Shown piece after piece: positions 9,947 through 20,426 of a stretch of DNA of 64,000 nucleotides (position 1 is its first letter; each line of letters begins with the position of its first letter). The notes under the pieces are model-generated. The model worked only from the letters and a program-made list of their open reading frames with translations, was not told where the DNA came from and did no database searches. Source of the DNA: Bacilli bacterium (GTDB lineage: Bacteria; Bacillota_I; Bacilli_A; RFN20; CAG-826); assembly GCA_900767605.1 (NCBI GenBank), contig CAAFZT010000029.1, positions 860 to 64,859 of the forward strand, read 5' to 3'. The translations under genes were made by a program, and so were the position numbers.

Positions 9947-11281
9947 ATGCCGTTTATTGCTGTCAAAGGAACCCACGATCTTTATGGGGCCGAAGCCGAT
10001 GGCTACGCCTACATTGAAAACGTGTTTCGCGCGGTTAGCGAACTGTACGGATATCGCCCCATCGAGACACCAATTTTAGAATATACCGAAGTTTTCGACC
10101 GTTCTACGGGAGAAAGCAGCGACGTTGTCCGCAAAGAAATGTATACCTTTATGGATAAAGGGAATCGTTCGGTGACGCTTCGCCCGGAAGGGACTGCGGG
10201 AGTCATTCGTTCCATTGTTGAACACAAAATGACCGCCACGAATGATTTACCTTTAAAGACTTTCTATATGGGGCCGGTTTTCCGCTACGAAAGGCCGCAA
10301 CTAGGAAGATATCGCCAATTTACCCAAGCGGGCGTGGAGTGTGTTGGCGTGGATTCCCCTCGTCTTGATGCCGAATGCATTTGCTTGGCGATGCAGGCCT
10401 TGGGCATGCTGGGATTCAAGAATCTCAAAATCAAGGTCAATACTTTGGGGGACGCCGCTTCTAGAAACGCCTACAAAGAAGCGCTGCGTTCCTACTTCGC
10501 TACAAAAATCGAGGAAATGTGTGATGACTGTAAGGAACGTCTCCGTCTAAATCCGATGCGCATTTTGGATTGCAAGGTGGAACATGACCATGAAATTGGC
10601 CTAAACGCCCCAAAGATGCGTGATTTCCTTTCGGAAGAAGCCGATGCAAGATTCTATCAAACTCTTTCGATCCTCAATGACATGGAAATCGAGTATGAAA
10701 TTGATGATTCCTTGGTTCGTGGGCTTGATTATTATGGTCATATCGTGTTTGAAGTTCACGCAATTTCCCCCAGCGGAAAAGATTACGGGGCCTTGCTTGG
10801 TGGAGGCCATTACGATGGCATGCTTGCCAATTTCAATGGTCCTAAGGATTACGATCATGGGGTTGGATTTGCGATGGGGGTCGAGCGTATCTATTCCTTA
10901 ATGGAAGAGCTAGGGCTATTGAAAGATGTGGCCCATCACGTGGATATTTATGCGATGCCCATCGGAGAAGAAGTTTTAGACGATGGTTTCCATTTAGTTC
11001 AGGAAATTCGCTCCCTTGGCTACAGCGTTGAGATGCCTTTTGTTCCGTCTAAACTAGGTTCTATGTTCAAAAAAGCCGAACGAAGCCAAGCCAACTTTGC
11101 TCTCATCTTCGGCACGGAGGATTTGCAAAAAGGCGTGGTTCAACTCAAAAACCTCAAAACCCATGAACAAAAAGAGGCTAAAATCGAAAACCTTGATGAA
11201 ATTCTGGATGCGGAATTTGAAAAAATCGACGATGAGGAAGAAGAAAACTGCTGCCATGAGCATCATCATGAAGGAGACTAA
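9947..11281 (+). CDS. hisS: histidine--tRNA ligase
   Basis: 444 aa. Class II aaRS motifs (MYTFMDKGNRSVTLRPEGT, FRYERPQLGRYRQF, GGGHYDGM). Unusual C-terminal tail ...EEEENCCHEHHHEGD. Confidence 0.95.
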   Translation: MPFIAVKGTHDLYGAEADGYAYIENVFRAVSELYGYRPIETPILEYTEVFDRSTGESSDVVRKEMYTFMDKGNRSVTLRPEGTAGVIRSIVEHKMTATNDLPLKTFYMGPVFRYERPQLGRYRQFTQAGVECVGVDSPRLDAECICLAMQALGMLGFKNLKIKVNTLGDAASRNAYKEALRSYFATKIEEMCDDCKERLRLNPMRILDCKVEHDHEIGLNAPKMRDFLSEEADARFYQTLSILNDMEIEYEIDDSLVRGLDYYGHIVFEVHAISPSGKDYGALLGGGHYDGMLANFNGPKDYDHGVGFAMGVERIYSLMEELGLLKDVAHHVDIYAMPIGEEVLDDGFHLVQEIRSLGYSVEMPFVPSKLGSMFKKAERSQANFALIFGTEDLQKGVVQLKNLKTHEQKEAKIENLDEILDAEFEKIDDEEEENCCHEHHHEGD

Positions 11282-11284
11282 AAA

Positions 11285-13018
11285 ATGGAACGCACCGATT
11301 ATAACGGAAATTTAAGGATTTCAGATGTAGGCCGGGAAGTAACGCTTCTTGGCTGGATTGCTACGAAGAGAAATTTGGGGTCTCTCGTATTCTTTGATTT
11401 GCGGGATTCCACTGGCATTGTTCAACTGATTGCCAAGGATCCCTCCATTTTGCCCGATTGCCGAAACGAGTATGTGGTGGAAGCAAAAGGCATTGTGGAG
11501 AAGAAAGACGTCCCAAATCCTCGCCTTGCCACGGGCGAAATCGAAGTTTCTTTAACTTCACTGCGTGTATTAAACAAAGCGGAAACTACGCCCTTTATCA
11601 TCGATGATAAAACGGATGCTCTTGAAGATACGCGTTTGAATTATCGTTATTTGGATTTGCGCCGTCCCTGCCTTTTGAACAATTTGAAAACGAGAGCAAA
11701 GATTGTTCGCGCTTGGCACGAATATTTTGACGAGCACGATTTCTTGGAGGTGGAAACCCCGATTCTTAACCTTTCCTCGCCGGAAGGCGCCCGTGACTAT
11801 TTGGTTCCTAGCCGTTTGCATCACGGATGCTTCTACGCCCTTCCTCAAAGCCCTCAACTTTGGAAACAGCTCCTTATGATTGGCGGAGTGGAACGTTATT
11901 ATCAGGTTGCAAAGTGCTTCCGCGATGAAGACCTTCGCGCGGATCGTCAGCCGGAATTCACCCAATTGGACGAAGAAATTTCGTTTATGGACCAAGACCA
12001 AATCTTGGCTTTAAATGAAGGTTTTTTGAAAAAAGTCTTTAAAGAAATCAAAGGGATTGATATTGAGACGCCGCTTCGTAGAATGCCCTATTGGGAAGCC
12101 ATGGACCGATTTGGTTCGGACAAGCCCGACACTCGATATGGATTGGAACTCCAAGATATTACCGAAATTTTGAAGTCGGCTCCATTCGGTGGCTTCGAGG
12201 GTGCGAATTACATCAAGGCAATTGTTATCCCGTCCATGGCCAAAGAAACCTCAAGAAAAGATTTGGACGCACTACAACTTGAGGCCAGAAAATTTAATTT
12301 GAAAGGCGTTTTGTCTTTAAAGTTTACCGACGGTGCCCTTAATGGTTCGTTTAAGAAATTCCTAACGGACGAAATGGAAACTAGCCTAAAAGAAAAACTT
12401 GGATTAAAAGAAGACGACTTGGTTTTGTTTGCATCGAGTCCCTATCGTCGGGATATCGACTTTGGCCTTGGGGCATTGCGTACTTTGTTCGCCAAAAAAA
12501 TGCAGCTGATCAAACCGAACACTTACGATTTGCTTTGGGTTGTTGACTTCCCGATGTTTGATCCTGTTGAAGGCCAACCGGGGAAATATACGGCGGAACA
12601 CCATCCGTTCACTCGCCCTCGCGACGAAGACCTGGCATTGTTGGATTCGAATCCCGAAGAAGTGCTTGCTTACGCTTACGACATCATCATCAATGGTTAC
12701 GAAGCTGGCGGTGGAACCCTGCGTATTTATGACCACGACACTCAATGGAAGATTTTCAACCTTCTTGGACTTTCGGACGAAGATGTCGCCAAAAAATTTG
12801 GTTGGTTTATCGATGCCTTCCAATATGGGGCTCCGCCTCATGGAGGAATGGCGTTTGGTCTCGACCGTCTTGCCATGATTCTCTGTGGCACGGATAACAT
12901 CCGCGATGTGGAGGCTTTCCCGAAAAACCTTCAAGCCGTGGACCCCACCTCCAAAGCCCCAACCCCGGTTTCCCCTGATCAGTTGGAAATCCTCGATATT
13001 GCCATTACCGAAGAATAA
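11285..13018 (+). CDS. aspS: aspartate--tRNA ligase
   Basis: 577 aa. OB-fold N-terminus (FFDLRDSTG), motifs FRDEDLRADRQPEFTQLD and GGMAFGLDRL. Confidence 0.95.
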   Translation: MERTDYNGNLRISDVGREVTLLGWIATKRNLGSLVFFDLRDSTGIVQLIAKDPSILPDCRNEYVVEAKGIVEKKDVPNPRLATGEIEVSLTSLRVLNKAETTPFIIDDKTDALEDTRLNYRYLDLRRPCLLNNLKTRAKIVRAWHEYFDEHDFLEVETPILNLSSPEGARDYLVPSRLHHGCFYALPQSPQLWKQLLMIGGVERYYQVAKCFRDEDLRADRQPEFTQLDEEISFMDQDQILALNEGFLKKVFKEIKGIDIETPLRRMPYWEAMDRFGSDKPDTRYGLELQDITEILKSAPFGGFEGANYIKAIVIPSMAKETSRKDLDALQLEARKFNLKGVLSLKFTDGALNGSFKKFLTDEMETSLKEKLGLKEDDLVLFASSPYRRDIDFGLGALRTLFAKKMQLIKPNTYDLLWVVDFPMFDPVEGQPGKYTAEHHPFTRPRDEDLALLDSNPEEVLAYAYDIIINGYEAGGGTLRIYDHDTQWKIFNLLGLSDEDVAKKFGWFIDAFQYGAPPHGGMAFGLDRLAMILCGTDNIRDVEAFPKNLQAVDPTSKAPTPVSPDQLEILDIAITEE

Positions 13019-13032
13019 ATAAGGAGAACAAA

Positions 13033-15021
13033 ATGTTTGAAAACGGAAAAACGAAACAAGACGCGGCGTTGTCCATCGCGGCGATGCGTTCCACAACATT
13101 AGACGTCATCAACAAAGCAAATTCCGGTCATCCGGGCATGGCCTTAGATGCCGCTCCGGCTGTTTATGCGCTTTTCCGCGACCATTTAACGGCCGACCCC
13201 AAACATCCGGATTGGATTAACCGTGATCGTTTCGTACTTTCTTGCGGTCACGTTTCCTCCTTGCTTTATACCACGCTTCACTGCCTCGGCTATTCGATAA
13301 GCATGGAAGACTTGAAGTCGTTCCGTCAGCTGGGCTCCATTACTCCTGGCCACCCTGAAGTGGGAATGACTCCGGGAGTAGACGCTACTAGCGGGCCATT
13401 GGGACAAGGAATTGCCCAAGCCGTGGGGATGGCGATGGCGGAAAAAGCCATTGAAGCCGAATATCCCGAAGGCTCCAAAATCATGAATCACTGGACCTAT
13501 TGCCTTTGTGGTGATGGGTGTTTGGAAGAGGGGATTTCCCACGAAGCCATTTCGCTTGCGGGGCATTACCATCTCAACAAATTGATTTTGCTTTACGACG
13601 AAAATGGTTCGACTCTCGACGGGCCGACTTCCGATTCCGCATCCGATAACGTCAAACTCCGCTTTTTTGCAGCAGGCTGGGATGTTATCGAGGTAAAAGA
13701 CGGCAACAATTGGGAGAAAATTTCTAAAGCTATTTCCAAAGCCAAGGAAAATAAAGACTTCCCAACTTTGATTATTTTCCATACTCAAATTGGATATGGA
13801 TCGGAGCACCAAGGGTCTCACGTAACGCACGGAGCTCCGCTAACGGAAGAGGACACGTTGCACGCCAAAAAGGTATTTGGCTACGATTATCCCCCGTTTA
13901 CGATTCCAGACTCCGTTTATTCCGACTTCGCCTCCTCGTTTGGAAAACGCGGCGCAGAAGCTTACGAAGCTTATCAAAGTGCAACCAAGGAATATAAGAA
14001 ATACCATTCCGAAGCCTATGAGCTTTTTCAAAATGCTTTTGCTCGTAATGTAACCCCATATCTTCCGGAAAGCCGGGACGCCAAAGGAGCAAAGCCGGAA
14101 GCAACCCGCAATAGCAGCGGAAAATTCTTGGAACGTTTGACGGGGAAAATGCCCTTTACGTTTGGCGGAAGCGCTGACGTGGCGGGATCGACAAAAACCA
14201 ATGTCAAAGGACTTGCTATTTTTGATGCGGAACATCCGGAAGGACGCGATATCCATTTCGGTATCCGCGAATTCGGCATGGCAAGTGCGCAAAACGGAAT
14301 CCTCTTGCATGGAGGATTGCTGACTTATTGTGCCACCTTCTTTGTTTTCTCGGATTATTTGAAGCCTGCAATTCGCATGGCGGCCATGGAAAATATTCCT
14401 TCTATTTATATTTTGACTCACGATTCCATTGCTGTTGGAGAAGATGGGACGACGCATGAACCCATCGAGCAGTTGGCGTCTTTGCGTTCCATTCCCAACG
14501 TCGACGTGATTCGTCCTGCGGACATCAACGAAACGGAAGCGGCGTGGCGCTTGGCCGTTGAAAGCAAAACCCGCCCCACTGCTCTTATTTTAACCAGGCA
14601 AAATCTTCCTCAGCTCGAAAATTCTTCTTTTGAGGGCGTTCAAAAAGGCGCCTATGTCGTTTATACCCCTTCCAAAAAGGCCAATATTCAATTAATTGCT
14701 ACTGGAAGCGAGGTATCTCTATGCATTGCCGCTTCTAAGATCCTCGAAGAAAAGGAAATTTACGCGGAAGTAGTTTCTATGCCGAGCTGGAATCGTTTCG
14801 TTGCCTTGCCGCCAGAAGAAAAAGAGAAAGTCCTCCATTTGCCTTATGATGCTCGCGTTAGCGTGGAAATGGGCTCCACGTTTGGCTGGGGAGGAATCGC
14901 AAAATATAACATTGGCATTGATGAGTTTGGTGCAAGTGGCAAGGCGGAAGATTTATTAGAGCATTTCGGCTTTACACCCATTCAAATTGCTGGGAAAATC
15001 TCTTCGTTTTTCAAGGAGTGA
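13033..15021 (+). CDS. tkt: transketolase
   Basis: 662 aa. NSGHPG, the GDGCLEEGISHEA thiamine-diphosphate motif, and THDSIAVGEDGTTHEPIEQ. Confidence 0.95.
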   Translation: MFENGKTKQDAALSIAAMRSTTLDVINKANSGHPGMALDAAPAVYALFRDHLTADPKHPDWINRDRFVLSCGHVSSLLYTTLHCLGYSISMEDLKSFRQLGSITPGHPEVGMTPGVDATSGPLGQGIAQAVGMAMAEKAIEAEYPEGSKIMNHWTYCLCGDGCLEEGISHEAISLAGHYHLNKLILLYDENGSTLDGPTSDSASDNVKLRFFAAGWDVIEVKDGNNWEKISKAISKAKENKDFPTLIIFHTQIGYGSEHQGSHVTHGAPLTEEDTLHAKKVFGYDYPPFTIPDSVYSDFASSFGKRGAEAYEAYQSATKEYKKYHSEAYELFQNAFARNVTPYLPESRDAKGAKPEATRNSSGKFLERLTGKMPFTFGGSADVAGSTKTNVKGLAIFDAEHPEGRDIHFGIREFGMASAQNGILLHGGLLTYCATFFVFSDYLKPAIRMAAMENIPSIYILTHDSIAVGEDGTTHEPIEQLASLRSIPNVDVIRPADINETEAAWRLAVESKTRPTALILTRQNLPQLENSSFEGVQKGAYVVYTPSKKANIQLIATGSEVSLCIAASKILEEKEIYAEVVSMPSWNRFVALPPEEKEKVLHLPYDARVSVEMGSTFGWGGIAKYNIGIDEFGASGKAEDLLEHFGFTPIQIAGKISSFFKE

Positions 15022-15026
15022 GGAAC

Positions 15027-15428
15027 ATGCCCTACATTTACATTAATAACTACGCCCAAAAAGGGAAGTTGGGCATTAGCCTTGCAACCATTGACACGAT
15101 TGCGTCGAAAGCGGTTGCCGAAATTCCAGGTGCCTCTGTTTATTCTGCTGCCGTGGAGGCGAAAAAAGACGCGAATTCCAAAAATTCGAAATCAAAAGAT
15201 AGAAAAACCCATTTTATTTCCCCTCTATTTTCCATTCCTTCCGGAGCGAATACTTCCTTATCCAAAACGGGGAAAGCCATCATTAAGCTAGATGTGGCCT
15301 TGGCCCCTGGACTTAACGTTTCAGAAATTTGCTTAAAAATCCAAAAGCAAGTCGCGGATGCCTTGCGACTCAATTGTGACACCTTGCCCTATGAAGTCAT
15401 GGTGCATGTTGCCAAAATCATGGATTAA
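15027..15428 (+). CDS. Asp23/Gls24 family envelope-stress protein (YqhY-like)
   Basis: The N-terminus (GKLGISLATIDTIASKAVAEIPG) fits the Asp23 family. Position upstream of nusB matches Bacillus yqhY. ATG at 15027 lies 8 nt after AAGGAG. The ORF track starts it at GTG 15018. Confidence 0.7.
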   Translation: MPYIYINNYAQKGKLGISLATIDTIASKAVAEIPGASVYSAAVEAKKDANSKNSKSKDRKTHFISPLFSIPSGANTSLSKTGKAIIKLDVALAPGLNVSEICLKIQKQVADALRLNCDTLPYEVMVHVAKIMD

Positions 15429-15458
15429 ACCCTCAACAATATAGAAAGACGAAACAGA

Positions 15459-15941
15459 ATGAATAACGAAAAAGAAAGTGCTTGGCTCGAAGAGTTTGAC
15501 GAACTAGAAGAAATGGCAAGGTCCCGCAATTCCTTGCAGCCTTTAGCCATGACTTGCATCTATGATGCTTTGACCTATATTTACATGGATTATTCCATCG
15601 ATGTGAAGGATATCGTCTCCGGGCTTTGCAATGAGCCTTATGAAGATTGCCCATTGTTCGTGAAACAATGCATGGTCTCTTCCGTTTCACATTTCCACGA
15701 CGTTGTCGATGCTTTTAAACCTCATTTACGGAACTGGCGATTTGAGCGTTTGCCTCGTTTGGAACAAGCAATCCTCATCCAAGCCTACGTTCATTATTAT
15801 TATGTGGACGATCACGTAGATAAGGGCGTGGTAATCGATATCGCGGTTAAACTGGCGAAAAAATATCTAAGCGGAAAGGATTATCGCTTTGTGAACGCTA
15901 TTCTTGATAATGTTTTAGGCGAAAGGAACGCGAATGCCTAA
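15459..15941 (+). CDS. nusB: transcription antitermination factor NusB
   Basis: 160 aa. NusB-like helical protein (RFERLPRLEQAILIQAY, DYRFVNAILDNV). Context asp23-nusB-xseA. Confidence 0.85.
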   Translation: MNNEKESAWLEEFDELEEMARSRNSLQPLAMTCIYDALTYIYMDYSIDVKDIVSGLCNEPYEDCPLFVKQCMVSSVSHFHDVVDAFKPHLRNWRFERLPRLEQAILIQAYVHYYYVDDHVDKGVVIDIAVKLAKKYLSGKDYRFVNAILDNVLGERNANA

Positions 15942-17127
15942 ATACTTATCGGTCAGCGATTTATCTTTTCAAATAAAAGAGGGCCTTGAGGCTCTTTTTC
16001 CTTATACCCTATATGTGACAGGTGAAGTAAGCAATTTTAAAATTTACCGATCCGGGCACGCTTATTTTAGTTTAAAGGATAGCCAATCTGTCCTTTCTGC
16101 TGTTATGTGGGCGTCGGCGGTAGAAAAAATGAAAATTCTAGGAAAGTCTATGCCCCAAGACGGCGACCAAGTCATTGCGGCTGGCCGGTTGACGCTATAT
16201 CCGCCTAGAGGAAATTATCAGCTTAGCGTTATCTCGATCGAAAAAAACGGGGTGGGTTTGGCGTTGCTTCAATTAGAAGAATTGAAGAAAAAATTGGCTA
16301 ACGAGGGAATATTTGATCCAGCAAAAAAGCGCAACATTCCTCAATTTCCTCGCAGCGTTGGCGTTGTGGCCGGACTCCATAGCGCCGGACTTAAAGATAT
16401 TGAGACCAATTTAAGGAATCGTTGGCCGATAGCGAAAATTTATGTTTTCCCTAGCTTAGTTCAAGGCAATGATGCTCCCAATGATATTATTCGGGCGATT
16501 ACGGAAGCGGAAAACTCTCCTATCGACGTTTTAATCGTGGGGCGCGGCGGCGGTTCTAGTGAGGACCTTGGAGCTTTTAATGATGAAATGGTAGTTCGTA
16601 AAGTTGCCGCTTGCCGTGTGCCCGTTATTTCAGCGGTCGGACATGAAGTGGATATCACATTGACGGACTTTGCTGCAGACAAAAGGGTTTCTACCCCGAC
16701 CGCGGCCGCTGTAGCCGCCGTTCCCAATAAAGATGAAGTTCGACTACGCTTAGATGATATGCAACGAAATTTGACGGCTTTATACACTTCCTGCATTCAA
16801 AGGAAGGCAGGAGAAGTGGATTCGCTTTCCCATAAGCCCTGTTTCACTAATTTAAAAAGCATTTATGAAAACAAAAGGGGCCAAATTGAGTTGCTTAAAC
16901 AATCCGTTTACAATGGATACGGAAGAAAAATTATGCTTTGGAAAGCAGAAGCGGCGTCCGCATTTGATCGAATCAACGCAATGGATCCTAAAAAAGTATT
17001 GGAACGAGGATACACGATGACTTTGGATTCTTCAGGAAATATTCTGAAGAACAAAAAAGAGGTTCATTCAGGAGACGAAATTAAAACAATGTTAGCGGAT
17101 GGAGAGTTAGTTTCCATTGTAAAATAA
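15934..17127 (+). CDS. xseA: exodeoxyribonuclease VII large subunit
   Basis: 397 aa. N-terminal OB fold (VTGEVSNFKIYRSGHAYFSLKD), RGGGSSEDL motif. Followed by xseB. Confidence 0.9.
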   Translation: MPKYLSVSDLSFQIKEGLEALFPYTLYVTGEVSNFKIYRSGHAYFSLKDSQSVLSAVMWASAVEKMKILGKSMPQDGDQVIAAGRLTLYPPRGNYQLSVISIEKNGVGLALLQLEELKKKLANEGIFDPAKKRNIPQFPRSVGVVAGLHSAGLKDIETNLRNRWPIAKIYVFPSLVQGNDAPNDIIRAITEAENSPIDVLIVGRGGGSSEDLGAFNDEMVVRKVAACRVPVISAVGHEVDITLTDFAADKRVSTPTAAAVAAVPNKDEVRLRLDDMQRNLTALYTSCIQRKAGEVDSLSHKPCFTNLKSIYENKRGQIELLKQSVYNGYGRKIMLWKAEAASAFDRINAMDPKKVLERGYTMTLDSSGNILKNKKEVHSGDEIKTMLADGELVSIVK

Positions 17128-17137
17128 GGAGAAACGC

Positions 17138-17329
17138 ATGGAAAATGAAAAGGAAATTACCTTTGAAGAAGGGCTAAAAAGGCTGAATGAAATCGCCACT
17201 AAAATGAATGAGAATGTTTTACCTTTAGCGGATGCGATGAGCCTTTATAAAGAGGCGAAAAATCTAATTGCGATTTTAAATTCTCAAATTGATGAAGCGG
17301 AAAAGCTAATAGAAGATAAAGTAGAATAA
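17138..17329 (+). CDS. xseB: exodeoxyribonuclease VII small subunit
   Basis: 63-aa helical protein (FEEGLKRLNEI...). Lies immediately after xseA. Confidence 0.85.
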   Translation: MENEKEITFEEGLKRLNEIATKMNENVLPLADAMSLYKEAKNLIAILNSQIDEAEKLIEDKVE

Positions 17330-17339
17330 AAGTAATATA

Positions 17340-17356
17340 TTAGTAGTTTATTAGTA
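17340..17356 (+). repeat. TTAGTA-N5-TTAGTA direct-repeat box, copy 1 (contains ATTAGTAGTT)
   Basis: TTAGTAGTTTATTAGTA lies between the xseB stop and the dxs ATG. The second hexamer ends on the A of the dxs start codon. Confidence 0.5.
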
Positions 17357-19245
17357 TGAAAAAGTGTCTAACCAAGCGTGTTTTTAAAGAAAATGATTTT
17401 AAAGACCAAAAAATGGTTAAATCTTTAACATACCCTGAACTCAATATCCTTTCTGACTATTTAAGAAAACAAATTATTGATACGGTTTCCACTCGGGGCG
17501 GACACTTGTCCTCCAATTTAGGGTCCGTTGAGATAAGCATCAGTTTATTCCGAAATTTCGATTTGCCAAATGACAAGGTAATCTTTGATGTCGGTCATCA
17601 ATGCTATGCCTATAAAATTTTAAGCGGTAGAAATCTCGAGTTTCTGTTTTGCAAAAACGGAATTGCCGGATTTCAAAAAAGAATAGAATCCCCTTTTGAC
17701 TGTTACGATGCTGGGCACAGCTCGAATTCGCTAAGCGCTGCTTTAGCGTTTGCACACGCTAGAGATATAAAAGGATCTAGCGATGAGCAAATTGTTGTTG
17801 TTATCGGCGACGCCTCGATTGCTAATGGTTTGGCTTTTGAAGGCCTAAACGCTATTGGGGGCAGTCAATCTAAAATCATCCTTGTTCTTAATGATAATGG
17901 AATGTCTATTACCCCTAGTGTCGGTGGCGTCAAAAGCTTTTTTCGCAAAATTAGTTCGGCTAAAACCTACAATTCCTTTAAGAAAAGTTTTCGAGAACAG
18001 GCTAGAAAAGGGCGTTTTTGGAAAAAAATTTACGACTTTTCGTATCACATAAAAAACTCGCTTAAGAGAAAATTGATCTCTTTTAACGGCTTTGAAAATC
18101 TCGGATTTACGTATATTGGACCGATTAACGGCAACGATATTAAAGAATTGGACAAAGCTTTTGAAAAGGCGAAAAGGACGACAAAACCCACATTAATCCA
18201 TTGCAAGACTCTTAAGGGCAAAGGATATCAACTCGCCGAGATGGATAAAACGGGGTTTTGGCATGCACCCGGTCGTTTTAAAATCAATGATCCAAAAGCG
18301 GAAGCCGCCCAAGTTCCTTCTTTACCATGGCAAATTCTTTTCTCGAGCCTAGTTGAGGAAAAACTTCGTTCGGACCCGAACTCTATGTTAATTTGCCCTG
18401 CGACTTCTTTCGGGAGCCGCTTGCAGCCTGTATTTTTAAAATTTCCTAAGCAATGTGTGGATTGTGGCATTGCCGAGGAACACGCGGCAACCTATTGCGG
18501 CGCATTATCCCTTAACGGTTTTCACCCGATTTTATCGATTTATTCTACTTTCTTGCAAAGAGCGTACGACGAAATCAGCCATGATTGTGCCCGAATGGGC
18601 GCAAATTTAACGATTTTGTTGGATCGATGTGGCTTAGTGGGAAAAGATGGCGAGACTCATCAGGGTATTTATGATGAAGCTTATTTAAAAAGCATTCCTA
18701 ACACGCATGTCTGGATGCCTTCTAATGCGGAGGAAGCTGAATTTTTATTCAACCTAAGTTTTGAGCAAAAGGGAATTACGGCCATTCGAATTACTTGCGA
18801 AGGCACAATTCCTGACCCCATAGAGCATAAAAACCCATTAGAGATTGGCCGGTTTCATTTCTATGGAATAACAACTACACAAGAAGCGATTCTTTTGTGT
18901 GTAGGGCCAAAAGCAAATGTACTGGCGCAAAAAATAAAGAATTCTGGAACGGACGTTGAAATAGCATGCCCTTTGTTCCTAAATGATTATAAAAAAGAAG
19001 AAATCGATCGATTGCTGCCTTATAAACAAGTCTTCATTTACGATGCTTATGGCACTAAAGAGGGGTTTTGCTCCTCCATTCTTTCTGACCTCATGGAAAA
19101 AGCCTACGAAGGTAAAGTAAAATGTTTCTGCGTTCCCAATTCCTTTATCCCCTTTTCGCCTACGCGCGCGGAACAAGAAAAGGAACTTCAATTAGACCCA
19201 GACCAAGTTTTTGAGCAAATCCTTGGGAGCGTAAAACATGGCTAA
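17356..19245 (+). CDS. dxs: 1-deoxy-D-xylulose-5-phosphate synthase
   Basis: 629 aa. GGHLSSNLG, the GDASIANGLAFEGLN thiamine-diphosphate motif, GKDGETHQG. No obvious SD. An alternative ATG exists at 17413. Confidence 0.9.
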   Translation: MKKCLTKRVFKENDFKDQKMVKSLTYPELNILSDYLRKQIIDTVSTRGGHLSSNLGSVEISISLFRNFDLPNDKVIFDVGHQCYAYKILSGRNLEFLFCKNGIAGFQKRIESPFDCYDAGHSSNSLSAALAFAHARDIKGSSDEQIVVVIGDASIANGLAFEGLNAIGGSQSKIILVLNDNGMSITPSVGGVKSFFRKISSAKTYNSFKKSFREQARKGRFWKKIYDFSYHIKNSLKRKLISFNGFENLGFTYIGPINGNDIKELDKAFEKAKRTTKPTLIHCKTLKGKGYQLAEMDKTGFWHAPGRFKINDPKAEAAQVPSLPWQILFSSLVEEKLRSDPNSMLICPATSFGSRLQPVFLKFPKQCVDCGIAEEHAATYCGALSLNGFHPILSIYSTFLQRAYDEISHDCARMGANLTILLDRCGLVGKDGETHQGIYDEAYLKSIPNTHVWMPSNAEEAEFLFNLSFEQKGITAIRITCEGTIPDPIEHKNPLEIGRFHFYGITTTQEAILLCVGPKANVLAQKIKNSGTDVEIACPLFLNDYKKEEIDRLLPYKQVFIYDAYGTKEGFCSSILSDLMEKAYEGKVKCFCVPNSFIPFSPTRAEQEKELQLDPDQVFEQILGSVKHG

Positions 19246-20425
19246 AATCATCGTACATGTGGACCTGAATGCCTTTTTTGCCACTTGCGAAGAGATTCGC
19301 GATCCTTCTTTGGCCAAAGTCCCGGTAGCAATTGGTGATAAAGGCCGCAGTGGAATTGTTTCGACGGCGAACTATTGTGCGCGTAAATTCGGAGTTCATA
19401 GCGGCCAACCGACTTTTCAAGCTTTAGGAAAATGCCCGAATTTAAAAGTAATTCACCCGGATTTTTCTTATTATCGAGTGATGTCCCATAGTTTTTTCGG
19501 CTATTTATCACGCTTTTCATCGCTAGTTGAAAAAGCCAGTGTTGACGAGGGATTTGTCGACATGACCGAATATTTATCTTCCAAAAAAGACCCTATCGAG
19601 GCTTTGCGATTATTTCAACTAGGACTGCAAAATGAAACGGGACTTAAATGTTCCATAGGCGTCGCTCCGACCAAATGGCTGGCCAAAATGGCTAGCGATA
19701 TGAAAAAACCGATGGGTCTGGTCTTGCTTCGTCGACGCGACATCCCAACTCTTCTCTATCCCCTTCCTATTGAATCCTTTTGGGGGATCGGAAAGAAAAC
19801 CGCCCCAGCGCTGAAAGAAGCGGGGGTACAAACCATCGGGGACCTCTATACCGCTTTGCAAAATAACGAATCCCCCGCTACAAAGATTCTCGGGAAATTT
19901 GCTTCTACGGCCAAAGAATGGATCTCTGGATACGGAGAGGATACGGTCAGCGGAGAAACCGAGGACGCAAAGAGCATCAGCTGTGCCGAGACTCTCCTTC
20001 GTGATGCAAATTCCTTCTCGGAAGTGGAGGAAACCATTAAACAATTGTGTCACGCTGTTTCCATTCGCGCTCTTCAAACGGGGAAGGTGGGAAAAACGGT
20101 CTCATTGGGTTTAAAAGATACCGATTTTCGGATGCATTTAAAGTCCGAAACCTTTGATTACCCGATTTTCGGCGAACATGATTTGTATCGAATCGCTCGG
20201 CAACTTTATTCGAATTTTGTGGGAGAGGGGGAATCGTTTAAGTTTCGCTTGGTTAGCATCGCTTTATCCAAATTGGATGATCGAGCCAAACAAAACGTTC
20301 AAATGTCTTTTTGGAATTATTCTTCTTTCGAAGAGCAAGACGCGACCAAACTTTTGATTGAGGAACTGAACCGCCAAATGGATGGGCCGTATTTAACACG
20401 GGCCAGTCAAGCCAAGGGAAAATAA
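19238..20425 (+). CDS. dinB: DNA polymerase IV (Y-family)
   Basis: 395 aa. N-terminus IVHVDLNAFFATCEE, SVDEGFVDMT. Typical Y-family palm motifs. Confidence 0.9.
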   Translation: MAKIIVHVDLNAFFATCEEIRDPSLAKVPVAIGDKGRSGIVSTANYCARKFGVHSGQPTFQALGKCPNLKVIHPDFSYYRVMSHSFFGYLSRFSSLVEKASVDEGFVDMTEYLSSKKDPIEALRLFQLGLQNETGLKCSIGVAPTKWLAKMASDMKKPMGLVLLRRRDIPTLLYPLPIESFWGIGKKTAPALKEAGVQTIGDLYTALQNNESPATKILGKFASTAKEWISGYGEDTVSGETEDAKSISCAETLLRDANSFSEVEETIKQLCHAVSIRALQTGKVGKTVSLGLKDTDFRMHLKSETFDYPIFGEHDLYRIARQLYSNFVGEGESFKFRLVSIALSKLDDRAKQNVQMSFWNYSSFEEQDATKLLIEELNRQMDGPYLTRASQAKGK

Positions 20426-20426
20426 G

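Noticed and set aside
12404-14457. Long - strand ORFs (231, 214 and 205 aa) opposite aspS and tkt.
   Set aside because: They overlap confidently identified genes along their whole length. They are low-complexity translations and therefore antisense artefacts.
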